Made by a program: the position numbers and the translations under genes
Source: an uncultured Gemmatimonadales bacterium
GTDB lineage: Bacteria; Gemmatimonadota; Gemmatimonadetes; Gemmatimonadales; GWC2-71-9
NCBI GenBank assembly: GCA_963730185.1
Contig: CAVSQW010000012.1
Location: forward strand, 288,001 to 352,000
DNA length: 64,000 nt
Reading direction: 5' to 3'
In this document: piece by piece, positions 47,535 to 57,561 of the stretch
Layout of the letters: every line of letters starts with the position of its first letter
Numbering within the stretch: position 1 is the first letter of the stretch
Notes under the pieces: model-generated
The model's input: the letters and a program-made list of their open reading frames with translations, nothing else
Told to the model about the DNA's origin: nothing
The model's database searches: none

Positions 47535-48130
47535 TCGTCCGCGGCCCAACGGATCGACGGCCACGGAGGGAAGGGCGTGGGCGCAGTGGAATGGAAGGAT
47601 CGCTGGCCGGTAAACCGGTTCAGGGGCGGGACGTCCCGCCAGACGCGGAGGTCCCAGACCGGTCCGGTTGGCGAGGATTCCAACCGGGATCGCAGCCGGA
47701 CCGGCCCCTGGGAGTCAAGCGGAAATAGCCTACTCACCCGGGCGCTGCTCACCAGGTCGTCGGTGGCGAGCAGGAGCTGGAACACGAGCTCGAGGTCGTT
47801 GGCGTCGGCGTAGGGAGCCGAATACTCGACGGTGAAGTTGGCCATCTGATCGGGATGGCGGATGGTGAGCAGGCGGAGGGATCCGGCTCGGACCAGGAGC
47901 TGGTCGCGGACCGCGGCCTTGGCCGCCCCGATGTCTTGGAAGAACTTGGTGGCCGCCGCCGTGGTGGCGAACGCGATCTCCACCTCAGTCTCGGGCCCGT
48001 CCCCGTCGACCGTGACGCTCGCGGCGGCGTCGCCGAAGGCTCCGACGACCCGAGCGAAACCGGCGGCATCGTCCGCGGTCCAGGCCCCGGCAGGCCGGAG
48101 CTCGACGCAATGGGGGGTATTGTCTGGCAT
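47531..48130 (-). CDS. hypothetical protein
   Basis: 199-aa ORF of normal composition, convergent, stops overlapping by 4 nt. Confidence 0.6.
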   Translation of the reverse strand: MPDNTPHCVELRPAGAWTADDAAGFARVVGAFGDAAASVTVDGDGPETEVEIAFATTAAATKFFQDIGAAKAAVRDQLLVRAGSLRLLTIRHPDQMANFTVEYSAPYADANDLELVFQLLLATDDLVSSARVSRLFPLDSQGPVRLRSRLESSPTGPVWDLRVWRDVPPLNRFTGQRSFHSTAPTPFPPWPSIRWAADD

Positions 48131-48396
48131 GAGATCGGAGGCAAATGGTACGGATCGGTCGATCGGGGGGCAAGCCCTTGGCCCGGCCCGGGTGCAAGGC
48201 GCTGGACAGGGTGCAGGCTCCGCCCGAGATTTCAGCCGTTCCCGGACGACGACCGGGGATCCCGTCCTGGCCCCTGGGACGGACTACGGGATGATTTCGA
48301 ATCGCCCCGGCGCACCCGACGACCGCTCGATCCGGATCGGTCCGCGCGACGCCGAGATCCGGACCCAGCCAACCCATCCTCACCACTGAGGGGCCG

Positions 48397-49107
48397 ATGG
48401 CCGACGAGCACACCATCGCCCCGGGCGACCACCTGTTCCGCCTGGCCCGCGAACGGGGATTCCGAACCGTTCGGGCGCTCACCGACGAACCGGCGAACCG
48501 ATTTCTCCTGGCCAAGCGGGTCAACCCGGCCACCCTGGCCGAAGGCGATGTCGTCACGATCCCCGCCCTCGAGCCGAAGCAGACCAGCGGCGCCACCAAC
48601 CAGTTCACCACCTTCACGGTGGCCGAGAGCGGGCTCCTCCTCAACCTCCGCCTCCAGGACACCGACCAGCAACCGCTCGCCACGCGGGCCTACCGCCTGG
48701 TCGTCGCGGAGCACGATCCGGCGGGCGGAACCAGCCCGGCCGACCCGATCGACGACGTGACCTCGGCCCAGGGAGAGATCGCCAAGGAGATTCCCGACTT
48801 CGCCTTCGAGGGCGAGCTCACCGTCCATGAGAACGAGGACCCGGCCTCCGCCGTGATCGGAACAATCAAGGTTCTGATCGGGGTTCTGGAGGCCGCCAAC
48901 ACGATCCGGGGTCAGCAGGCCCGGCTCAACAACATGGGCTACTTCGCGGGCTTCTCCGAGAAGGACCTCGATCAGCTCCACTGGGCGATCGAGGAGTTCC
49001 AGGCCGACCACGGCCTGAAGGCCACCGGGCGGATCGACGATCCCGCGACCTTCAACCGGATCGCCCACGAGCACGGCGACCTGCTCAAGAGCGAGAAGGT
49101 GCCCTGA
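48397..49107 (+). CDS. LysM-like N-term / peptidoglycan-binding domain protein (cassette 2)
   Basis: HTIAPGDHLFRLA...NPATLAEGD and RLNNMGY...AIEEFQADHGLKATG. Paralog of 44138-44785. Confidence 0.8.
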   Translation: MADEHTIAPGDHLFRLARERGFRTVRALTDEPANRFLLAKRVNPATLAEGDVVTIPALEPKQTSGATNQFTTFTVAESGLLLNLRLQDTDQQPLATRAYRLVVAEHDPAGGTSPADPIDDVTSAQGEIAKEIPDFAFEGELTVHENEDPASAVIGTIKVLIGVLEAANTIRGQQARLNNMGYFAGFSEKDLDQLHWAIEEFQADHGLKATGRIDDPATFNRIAHEHGDLLKSEKVP

Positions 49108-50867
49108 TGGCCAGCACGATCAACATTCCCGACATGGTGGAGGAAAACGCCAACGGGATCTTCGCCACCCAGCCCATCCGGGCGAGCTTGCCGGTCCTGG
49201 TGGCGCCGACCGACTCCAGCCGGGCCGCGGCCACCAACCTGATTCGCCGCCCGCTGGTGGTCGTCGCCTGCGCCAATCTCAAGGAGTACAACTTCGACTT
49301 CGACTCGTCGGTGGTGCTCCCCCAGGCGCGCGACGGCTTCACCTCCCTGGCCGGCCTGATCGGCCGTCATCCGGGGTCGCCCATGTCAATGTTCGGGCAC
49401 ACCGACCCCGAAGGACCGGTCGAGTACAACCAGTTTCTGAGCGAGCGGCGCGCCCGGGCGATCTTCGCCGTGCTGGTACGCGACCCGGCGATCTGGGATG
49501 ATCTCTTCCGGCATCAGCAGGGCGCCAGCGGCGACGATTGGGCCAAGCACGGCGCGATCGAGATCATGCTCACCGGCCTCGGCCTCCAGCCGGGCGAGCC
49601 AACCCCCGGCCTCGCGCCCGAAACGCGCGACGCCCTTCGGCAGCTGCTCGGCCTTCCACCCGGCGCGTCGGTCAACAACGCGGCCGTCCGGCTCGCGCTG
49701 TTCGAGCGGTACATGGATTTTCTCCGGAGCGGCTCCGACGGCAAGGCGACCTTCCCGGCGGTCACGACCGACGACTTTCTGGGGAAGGGCAAGCAGCGCG
49801 GGACCCTGCAGGGCTGCAGCAAGTTCAATCCCCAGCTCTTGCTCAAGAAGCAGGACCAGGACCGCTTCGACAAAGACAAGTCGCCGGAGACCAAGCAAGC
49901 GCGCGACCTCAAGAACGAGAACAACCGGCGGGTGGTGATCTACTTCTTCGCTCCGGGCTCCGCGATCGATCCCGAGCGCTGGCCTTGCCCCACGGCGCAG
50001 ATGGGACCGGGACGGTGTGAGGCCCGCCAGTGGTCGGACGGCACCGACCGACGGAAGAAGCTCTTCGTGGTCCATCCCCGGCGATTCGGACGCGAGGTTC
50101 GGCCGGAGGCCCGCGAGCTCGACCCGCGGAGCCCCGTGCTCGAGCAGAAGCTGGGCAACGAGGAGACGACGTTCGGATGCCGGTTCTATCACGGCATCGC
50201 GGCCCATTCCCCCTGCGAGCGTGACCTCAAGATGTGGGGGCTCCGGATCCTGATCGACGCCCCGACCCCGATTCAGTCCGGTGGGACCAACAAGTCGAAC
50301 AAGAAGATCCCGCTGGCCAACCGCCGCTACGTGGCCCTGATCGGGTCGTCGTCCGACGCCCCGTCGGTCCGCGGTCGGACCACCGCTGAGGGCATGATCG
50401 GCCTCCCGTTCTTCGACCCGAACGTCCCGATCACCCTCAAGATCGACGCGTTCGCCGCCCTGGCTCCCCCCCCGGCCCCGGCCAAACCCGGCGATCCGGC
50501 CCCGGCGGCGAAGCCGACCTCCGACTCGGAGCGGTTCGAGGACGAGGATCAGTTCCTGGTGCTCCGTCTCGACGGCAGCAAGCTCCGCCCGATCCGGGTC
50601 CGAGACGAGAGCTCGCTGGGGTTCGATCCGGACTTCGACGACGATCCCGCTCCGGTGACTGACGCGGATCGCCGGCTCGGTGCCCTCCAGCGTCTCTTCA
50701 ATCTCGGCTACGGCAGCGACGACACCGGGGGCGACGCCTTCGGGAACTGGACCAACGACCAGCGTCGGGCCTTTCTGAAGCAGTTCCAGCGCGACCACGA
50801 CCTCGACGAGTCCGGCACGCTCGACCAGGCGACCACCGACGCCCTGATCAAGGCGCACGGGTCGTGA
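49107..50867 (+). CDS. OmpA-like domain protein with C-terminal PG-binding domain (cassette 2)
   Basis: FDFDSS, GHTDPEG..YNQFLSERRA, NRRVVIYFF and RLFNLGY...FQRDHDL motifs. Confidence 0.8.
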   Translation: MASTINIPDMVEENANGIFATQPIRASLPVLVAPTDSSRAAATNLIRRPLVVVACANLKEYNFDFDSSVVLPQARDGFTSLAGLIGRHPGSPMSMFGHTDPEGPVEYNQFLSERRARAIFAVLVRDPAIWDDLFRHQQGASGDDWAKHGAIEIMLTGLGLQPGEPTPGLAPETRDALRQLLGLPPGASVNNAAVRLALFERYMDFLRSGSDGKATFPAVTTDDFLGKGKQRGTLQGCSKFNPQLLLKKQDQDRFDKDKSPETKQARDLKNENNRRVVIYFFAPGSAIDPERWPCPTAQMGPGRCEARQWSDGTDRRKKLFVVHPRRFGREVRPEARELDPRSPVLEQKLGNEETTFGCRFYHGIAAHSPCERDLKMWGLRILIDAPTPIQSGGTNKSNKKIPLANRRYVALIGSSSDAPSVRGRTTAEGMIGLPFFDPNVPITLKIDAFAALAPPPAPAKPGDPAPAAKPTSDSERFEDEDQFLVLRLDGSKLRPIRVRDESSLGFDPDFDDDPAPVTDADRRLGALQRLFNLGYGSDDTGGDAFGNWTNDQRRAFLKQFQRDHDLDESGTLDQATTDALIKAHGS

Positions 50868-53485
50868 CCGTCCCCCATTTCCCCAACGACGCCAAGCCCG
50901 TCGCCGACGACGTGGGGGCGCGTCGTACCGAGACCGCCCGGCGCTCGTTCCACCGGATCAACGCCCCACGGTACGATGTCGCCGTCGACGGCAACCAGCG
51001 TCGGATCGGCAACAAGCGACGACCGTCGGGACTCGCCAAGGAATCCGGCGCTCGCGGTCCGGAGGCCTTCGCCGCGAGCGGCTTCCTGGAGCACTTCGCC
51101 CGGCTAACCACCAAGCTGCTCAAGTCGGCACTGCTCGCGATCCCGCTGGTCGGCCAGGCCGCGTTCCTGGTCGACGCGTTCTTCAAGACCCTGACCGGCA
51201 AGAGCCCGCTGGAAGAGCTCTTCGCCGCGCTCGCCAAGCTGGCCAGCTCCAGCGTCGAGGGCGCCCTCTTCGCCCGGCTGATGCGCGCCATTCCCGCCTG
51301 GGTCCCGGTGGCCCGACGGGGCTACCGGGCCGAGTTCCGCTACGAGGAAGACGGGACGCCGCGGACGGTCGACAAGGAGGAAGAGCGAGAGGTCGAGGGG
51401 TTCCTCACGGCGAGCTACGCCCTCCACAACGACGTCGTGTTCACCCAGTGGAGCCACTTCCGGCATTGGGCCTTTCATGTCCTGCCGACTCCCGGTTTCG
51501 ACTACCTGATCGGCCGGGGCAACATTCCCGATCCGGCGGAGAACGGCTTCATCGACCGGATCGACACCAACATCAACGCACCCCTCTTCGAGCGGGCGCT
51601 CCGGATCTACGGCCAGCAGCGACCCAGCACCGACGATCCGGACCGCGGGGCCCTCGAGTGCCTGTTCGACGTGGGCGCGATCACCAAGCCACCGGGCGAC
51701 GGCGGCTTTCACGGGGCCCACTTCTCCGGCTTGTGGCCGTATTGGCCGATGGCGGGCGACTACTTCTGGGCCGCCGGGCGGTGGAGCTACGACTGCATGC
51801 GCGCCACCGCGGCCGACAAGACCGAGATCTACCCCAGCCAGATCAGCCCGATCAAGGCGTTCGCGGCCGCCCGGTACGAGGGAGTCAAGTTTCCGGAGAA
51901 CGAGAGCACCGTCGAAGCGGTCCGCTTCTTTTTCTTCGCCAGCTCCGAGGGAGGCTTTCGCGACTTTCACGTCGTGCCGGGTCGGAAGGGCCCGCCGGGA
52001 CAGCCCCACATCACCCTGCGCGATCGCGACTATGAGTTCGTGGTCGACCTCCCACCGCACGCCGAAGGGCGGAGCGCCTACCCGGTGGGATCCACCATCG
52101 ACTTCGCCTTCAACACGCTGGTGATCCGGCCGCGCCTGCTGGTCCAGGTGCGGGCCGCACCGTTCGCGGTGGGCGACAAGGTGCCCCAATTCGCCGAGGG
52201 ACTCAAAGCGGTCGCGATCGAGCCCAAGATCGAGCTGCTCCGCCCCTCGAAGCCGACCGAGCGGCCCCAGCAGGTGAAGATCACCATCCCGCTGAGTCAG
52301 CTGCCGGCCGCCGACCCGCAAGCTCGGGAGATGGTCGGGCTGGACATCGCGCTCGGCTGGCACGACCCGACCGGCGAGGAGCTGAAGGATCTGGTCCTGA
52401 TCGACGCCGACATCCGGTTCCCGAGATTCTACAGCCAGTCCGGGCCGGTCCGGCTCATGACCGCGATCAACGGGCGGTGGAACATCCTGACCGAGGACGT
52501 GGAGGAAGAGCCGGACGAGCCCCCGGCCGACTTCCCGCCTCCGGGCTCCCGATCGATCCACCGGGTTCGCCTCTTCCTGCCCAAGGAGGCTCCCGTCTCG
52601 ATCGTCGCCGGGGGAATTTGGTTCCACGGCTTCGGCGAGTTCATGGAGGGCGACACGCTCGCGGGTCGGCGGCTCTTCGTGGGAGGACTGCTCCTCAACG
52701 TCGACGACGACACCAAGCGGCGGCTGCAGGGGGTCATCGACGACGTTCGCAAGACCGTCAACGACCTCCGGAAGGCGGGGCAGACCGTCAAGGATCCCAA
52801 GGCGAGGATCAAGGCGGAGATCCAGAAGCAAATCGACGAGGAGCGGAAGAAGGGCACCGACCCCCGGGCCCTGGCCGAGCTGCAGAAGCAGATGGACGCC
52901 CTGGTGGACGGGCTCCCCGACACGCCGGACGGGATCCAGGCGGCCCTGGCCGCCCTGGACCGCCGGCTGACCGGCATCCTCGACGTGCTCGACGGGATCG
53001 AGGAGTTCCTGAAGGTCACCGACGACCTCATCGGCGAGCGATACTTCCCGGTCTGGCACGAGGACATCGACAACGAGCAGAAGACCGGCGTCGAAGAGAG
53101 CAAGCGGGTGTCGGCCATCGCCCGAACGATGTTCATCCACCCCACCCCGGTGGTCAATCGCCACGACGAGCCCATGGGCTGGGTCGAATTCATCGACCGG
53201 GGGCGGGGCACGCTCGGGCGGGAGCCGAGTGGGGCGTTGATCGTGCCGAATCCGCTGGGGCGGGGGACCGCCGGGGAGCTGCTCAAGCTGGCCGACGCCA
53301 ACGGCGGCAAGCCCATCCGGATGCGGCTGGTGGCGCAACCCTTTACCGGGGTAGGCAGCGGCAACAACCTGGCTCGACGGATCAACCCGCCCCAGGAGCG
53401 GTCCGACTACGAGTTCCAGGTGAACCTCGAGGTCCACCGGTTCCCGTTCCCAGCGCCCAAGAGCGGCGATCCCGAGGTCGGCTGA
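50864..53485 (+). CDS. large hypothetical protein (putative effector)
   Basis: 873 aa, 4-nt overlap with the upstream gene, no signal peptide, internal coiled-coil. Confidence 0.75.
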   Translation: MTVPHFPNDAKPVADDVGARRTETARRSFHRINAPRYDVAVDGNQRRIGNKRRPSGLAKESGARGPEAFAASGFLEHFARLTTKLLKSALLAIPLVGQAAFLVDAFFKTLTGKSPLEELFAALAKLASSSVEGALFARLMRAIPAWVPVARRGYRAEFRYEEDGTPRTVDKEEEREVEGFLTASYALHNDVVFTQWSHFRHWAFHVLPTPGFDYLIGRGNIPDPAENGFIDRIDTNINAPLFERALRIYGQQRPSTDDPDRGALECLFDVGAITKPPGDGGFHGAHFSGLWPYWPMAGDYFWAAGRWSYDCMRATAADKTEIYPSQISPIKAFAAARYEGVKFPENESTVEAVRFFFFASSEGGFRDFHVVPGRKGPPGQPHITLRDRDYEFVVDLPPHAEGRSAYPVGSTIDFAFNTLVIRPRLLVQVRAAPFAVGDKVPQFAEGLKAVAIEPKIELLRPSKPTERPQQVKITIPLSQLPAADPQAREMVGLDIALGWHDPTGEELKDLVLIDADIRFPRFYSQSGPVRLMTAINGRWNILTEDVEEEPDEPPADFPPPGSRSIHRVRLFLPKEAPVSIVAGGIWFHGFGEFMEGDTLAGRRLFVGGLLLNVDDDTKRRLQGVIDDVRKTVNDLRKAGQTVKDPKARIKAEIQKQIDEERKKGTDPRALAELQKQMDALVDGLPDTPDGIQAALAALDRRLTGILDVLDGIEEFLKVTDDLIGERYFPVWHEDIDNEQKTGVEESKRVSAIARTMFIHPTPVVNRHDEPMGWVEFIDRGRGTLGREPSGALIVPNPLGRGTAGELLKLADANGGKPIRMRLVAQPFTGVGSGNNLARRINPPQERSDYEFQVNLEVHRFPFPAPKSGDPEVG

Positions 53486-53575
53486 GCCCGTCGCCAGGAC
53501 GCCGGCGGCCGTTTGGTCTTCCTCGACCCCGCTCCACCCGGCATATTCAGCGGCATCCCGGCCCACGGCCGCCCC

Positions 53576-55126
53576 ATGACCGAACCCCAGTCGCCCGCGC
53601 CCCTCGGCCCGGCCGACCGCACCACCTTCTTCGAGGAACAGGCTCGCCGTCGACGCCGGACCCACCATTTCGCGGTGGCGTCCGCGCTCGCCGTGGCCCT
53701 CGCCGGCATTCCGGTGAGTCTGGTGGTTTCCCCCCTGCTCTACCTGGTCACCCTCACGGTGGCCCACCTGATCCAGCTCGCGACCCCGCTCCCGGCGGCC
53801 TTCTGGCACCTGGTGGATCAGGCCGGCCGCTTCCTGCCGACCGTGGCCCACCAGATCGACCGGGCCATTCAGGCCGGCAACTGGCGGTTGCTGGACCTCC
53901 GCGCACTCGGCCTGCTGGGAATGGCCCTCGTCCTTCCCGGCATCGCCCTCTCGGTCGTGGCCTGGCTCTGGGTCCGGGCGCTGCTCCATCGGGTCGGCGT
54001 GGGCGGGGTCCTGACCCGGATCGGCGCTCGACCCCCGCAGGAGGACCGCCTGGAGGAACGCCAGCTGGTCAACCTGGTGGAGGAGATGGGCATCGCCGGT
54101 GGGCTCCGCCGGCCCCGGGTGATGCTCCTCGACGTGGCGACCCCCAACGCCGCCGCCATCGGCCGGAATCGCGACGACGCCACGATCGTCGTAACCCGGG
54201 GCCTCCTGGAGGAGCTGAGCCGGGACCAGACCCAAGCCGTGATCGGGCATCTGGTCGGGTCGATCGGAAACGGCGATCTGGAGATCGCCTGGCTGCTGCT
54301 GGCCGTGTTCCAGACGTACGCCCTCCTGACCGTCCTGCTCCAGGCACCCTCCTCGCGGACCGCGCGGCGGAATGCGTGGCGGGCGGTCAAAGGACTGGTG
54401 CTCCGCGACCAGGCCGAGCTGGAGCAGGTGGCCGACCTCCTGGCCAGCGACGACGATGGGAAGACCGTGGGCGAGGCCGACGAGGTCCGGACCGTGTTGG
54501 GGCTCTGGCGGTTCCCGTTCATCATCGTGGGCCTGACCGTCCAGGTGCTGGTCACGGTCGGGACCATGCTGATCGTGGGCCCGGCCCTGGGCGCGCTCTG
54601 GCGGACCCGGAGGTACCTGGCCGATGCCTGCGCGGTGCAGCTGACCCGGAACCCCGACGGGATGGCCGGCGCGCTCCAGAAGCTGGCCAATGAAGGCGGC
54701 TTCCCGGCCGGCCGGTCGAGCCGCCTCCTGTTCGTGGTCTGGGGCGGGTCGTCCGGGGGGGGCAGCGGGCCGACCATCCCGGGCGGGCTCCATCCTCGGA
54801 TCGACCGCCGGATCCGCCGGCTCGAGGCCACGGGAGCCAAGGCGGCGCCGGTCCGGGCACCGCACTGGAGCCTCCACTGGTGGACCCCACTGGTCGCGGT
54901 CCTGATGGCGGTGGTCTATCTGGTGATGGCGGCGGCGCTGGTGATGATGGTCGCGGCGGCGATCTTCTTGACGGGCATGAGTCTGGCGTTCACCGCCGCG
55001 GCCATCGCTTTCGTCCACTGGTTCTTCGGAATCGCGCCCCACCTGCCCGCCATCGCGCGACGGGCCGCCGTGATCGGACAGGAGCTGGTCCGCGCCCTCC
55101 AGCAGCTCTGGGCCCACCGCCGCTAG
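53576..55126 (+). CDS. M48/HtpX-like membrane protein with degenerate active site
   Basis: FFEEQARRRRRT, NLVEEM..A.G, PNAAAIG..ATIVVTRGLL, YLADA.AVQLTRNP and HPRIDRRI motifs. HEXXH is replaced by HLVGS. Confidence 0.85.
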   Translation: MTEPQSPAPLGPADRTTFFEEQARRRRRTHHFAVASALAVALAGIPVSLVVSPLLYLVTLTVAHLIQLATPLPAAFWHLVDQAGRFLPTVAHQIDRAIQAGNWRLLDLRALGLLGMALVLPGIALSVVAWLWVRALLHRVGVGGVLTRIGARPPQEDRLEERQLVNLVEEMGIAGGLRRPRVMLLDVATPNAAAIGRNRDDATIVVTRGLLEELSRDQTQAVIGHLVGSIGNGDLEIAWLLLAVFQTYALLTVLLQAPSSRTARRNAWRAVKGLVLRDQAELEQVADLLASDDDGKTVGEADEVRTVLGLWRFPFIIVGLTVQVLVTVGTMLIVGPALGALWRTRRYLADACAVQLTRNPDGMAGALQKLANEGGFPAGRSSRLLFVVWGGSSGGGSGPTIPGGLHPRIDRRIRRLEATGAKAAPVRAPHWSLHWWTPLVAVLMAVVYLVMAAALVMMVAAAIFLTGMSLAFTAAAIAFVHWFFGIAPHLPAIARRAAVIGQELVRALQQLWAHRR

Positions 55127-55139
55127 GCGCGCCCGGGCC

Positions 55140-55613
55140 TTACTCCTTCGACCGCCAGCGGTGGATGGCCTGCTCCAGCCGGGCCCCGAGGGAAAGCAGC
55201 AGCAGCGCCAGCACGAGGACCAGGATGCCGACCCGCCAGAGGCCGAGCGCGGCGGCCACCCCGAGCGCGGCCGCCAGCCAGATCGACGCGGCGGTGGTGA
55301 GGCCGTGGACCCGGCGGCCGTCTTCCTGATGGAGGATCACGCCGGCGCCGATGAACCCCACCCCGGCCACGACCCCCTGCACCACCCGGCTCACCGCGGC
55401 CAGATCGACCGCTCCGCCCGGAGCCATCAGTTGGAGCGGCACCAGGGAGAAGAGCGCCGCCCCGAGCGCCACCAGCGCATGGGTCCGGAGACCGGCCGGC
55501 TTGTCGCTCAGCTCCCGATCGAGGCCGAGACCGGCACCGAGCAGAGTCGCGGCGACCAATCGGCCGAGAAAAGCGGCCCAGGTGGTAGGGGCGGTGACGA
55601 GCTCCAGCTCCAC
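55140..55613 (-). CDS. MgtC/SapB family protein
   Basis: GLDRE..KPAGLRTH, GVGFIGAG and GLTTAASIW motifs. Confidence 0.93.
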   Translation of the reverse strand: MELELVTAPTTWAAFLGRLVAATLLGAGLGLDRELSDKPAGLRTHALVALGAALFSLVPLQLMAPGGAVDLAAVSRVVQGVVAGVGFIGAGVILHQEDGRRVHGLTTAASIWLAAALGVAAALGLWRVGILVLVLALLLLSLGARLEQAIHRWRSKE

Positions 55614-55622
55614 GCGGCCTCG

Positions 55623-55988
55623 CTAGCGTCGGACGAGGAGGTAGCCGGCCACGATCGCGACCGCGAACACGACCACACCGATCACGACCGGTCCGGGGCG
55701 GCGGGATCCGACTGGTCCGGCCGGCGGCGACGGCGGCGAGGCCCGGGACCCGGGGCCGGAGACACGAATTCGGGGCGCTCCGGCCCGAGCGACCGACGCC
55801 GCGGCCGGCTTCGCGCCGGACGCGGCACCGCTCCCGCCTCCCGGCTCCGAGACGTACGCCACCGACAGCGTGCCGGCCTGGGTGCGGAACCTGCCGCGAA
55901 CTCGCGCACCTGAGCGAGCAGAGCGGGCAATGGCTTCGATCGCAGGTGGTACAGGCACCATCGTCACTCTCCCCTTGGGCCGGGTCAT
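55623..55988 (-). CDS. possible small tail-anchored membrane protein
   Basis: Low-complexity ORF ending in a TM plus RR, 9 nt upstream of mgtC. Start uncertain. Confidence 0.4.
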   Translation of the reverse strand: MTRPKGRVTMVPVPPAIEAIARSARSGARVRGRFRTQAGTLSVAYVSEPGGGSGAASGAKPAAASVARAGAPRIRVSGPGSRASPPSPPAGPVGSRRPGPVVIGVVVFAVAIVAGYLLVRR

Positions 55989-56404
55989 TCGCTGCGGGCC
56001 TGCTCACAGGCTTCGCAGAGCTCGGCCGCCGTCACCGGAGAATCGCCGGATGCCCGCTCCCCCGACCGCGGTCGAGCAGGATATCGAAGGCGTTGCCGGG
56101 CTGATGTGGTCGAGTTCACTAGCGAGGGTCGGAGGCAGAGGACGGGCCAGACAGGGGAGACCCCGGCGTGGTTGTGCCAACAGCCAGCTTAGCTCGGCTT
56201 TCGGCGGCAAGCAACTCCGGGCCGCTCGCCCCGCAGGATCCTCTGCACGGTATCGGTCGCCCAAGGTCGCGGGGCCAGCGCTCCGGCGGCTCGACGACTC
56301 GGGCGGTTTCAGACTCCAGCCGCACCCGGCGGCTGCCGGAGGGATGACCCCGGGGCCGCTAGATTGCCAAATGCGACAAGCGACGCCCTCGATCGGAGCC
56401 CTGG

Positions 56405-56860
56405 ATGTCCGAGCTCAACCCCGCCTACCTCGACCGCCTCTACCCGGCCGTGAACGGGAGCCCGTTTCCTTGCCATCTGGGATTCCGCCTCGTCTCGGTG
56501 CGGGCGGACAGCGCCCGGGTGGAGCTCCCGATCCAACGTCATCACCTCCAGCCGTTCGGGATCGTCCACGGCGGGGTGATCTCCACCCTGATCGACACCG
56601 CCACCTTCTGGGCCGCGTTCGGAACGATCCCCGCCGACGCGGGACTGGTGAACGTCGACCTCAAGCTCAACTACCTGGAGCCGGCGGTCTCCGGGACACT
56701 GGTCGCGGAAGGAATACTGATCCGCCCGGGACGCACCGTCAGCTACGCCGAGGCCCGGGTCATGACCGAGGGCGGGACGCTGGTCGCGCACGGGACCTCG
56801 TCGCTGATGAGCTTGCCCGGGAAGGGCCTCGACCTCGGCGTGCCGAAGTACCTCACCTGA
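56405..56860 (+). CDS. PaaI family thioesterase
   Basis: HLQPFGIVHGGVISTLID and DLKLNYLEP motifs. Confidence 0.92.
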   Translation: MSELNPAYLDRLYPAVNGSPFPCHLGFRLVSVRADSARVELPIQRHHLQPFGIVHGGVISTLIDTATFWAAFGTIPADAGLVNVDLKLNYLEPAVSGTLVAEGILIRPGRTVSYAEARVMTEGGTLVAHGTSSLMSLPGKGLDLGVPKYLT

Positions 56861-57111
56861 ACCGTTTCCGCTTGTGGGACCGGCCGGCGAGACCGATTAT
56901 AGGAAGCACCGCCATCAACCAACCATCGACCAACGGCCTCGGACTCATGCCTCACGCCGTCCGCCTTCTTCTCGCGTTCACCCTCCGCCGCCACCTTGAG
57001 CGGTCTGGTGTTCCGCGGGATCGGCCCCGCCGGAACCGGGGTCGGCTCGGCGAGATCGCGGTCGACCCCGCCGGCCGGAGCAGGCGGCTCCCGACCTGGC
57101 CATAGGAGGTC

Positions 57112-57561
57112 ATGATGCACCGACACTTGGCACTCACCGCGCTCGTCGCGACGGTCGCCGGATGCTCCGGCGGACCCGGCGGCAGCGTGAACGACCCGAT
57201 GGGCCCCGGCTCGGGGCCGTTCCTGACCTACACCGGCTCCTTCCATCCGGTGGTGCACGCCGGCAGCGGCATGGCTCAGGTCTACGTCTCGGGCATCAGC
57301 ACGGAGCTCCAATTCACGAACGACTTCGCGACCCAGGGCGGTCCCAACCTCGAGGTCTGGCTGGTGGCCGCGGACGACGCCGCCGACAGCGGTACGGTGC
57401 TCGGCGCGGACCACGTGAGCCTGGGACCGCTCAAGAGCCCGACCGGGGGCCAGACGTACACCGTGCCGGCCGGCACCGACTTCAGCCACTTTCGGTCGGT
57501 CACCGTGTGGTGCGTGTCGGCCAAGGTCAACTTCACGACCGCACCCCTGATGATGAAATGA
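57112..57561 (+). CDS. DM13 domain lipoprotein
   Basis: Lipobox VAGC, GPNLEVWL, LGPLKS..GGQTY.VP and SVTVWC...VNF motifs. Confidence 0.88.
   Translation: MMHRHLALTALVATVAGCSGGPGGSVNDPMGPGSGPFLTYTGSFHPVVHAGSGMAQVYVSGISTELQFTNDFATQGGPNLEVWLVAADDAADSGTVLGADHVSLGPLKSPTGGQTYTVPAGTDFSHFRSVTVWCVSAKVNFTTAPLMMK

Noticed and set aside
44786..50867. Calling the OmpA-like proteins TssL/TagL membrane-complex subunits
   Set aside because: They have no DotU domain or TM segment, and they sit in duplicated cassettes away from the core operon.
51104..55117. 1337-aa minus-strand ORF (and similar long ORFs at 21444-25118, 43688-46171, 32474-34945)
   Set aside because: They are antisense shadows of well-supported genes in GC-rich DNA, with no motifs.
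55990..56400. Intergenic stretch checked for tRNA, riboswitch, attC site or a CoA-ligase gene remnant
   Set aside because: No convincing cloverleaf, riboswitch consensus or paired attC core sites were found, and the peptide resemblance is too short. A covariance-model search would be needed.
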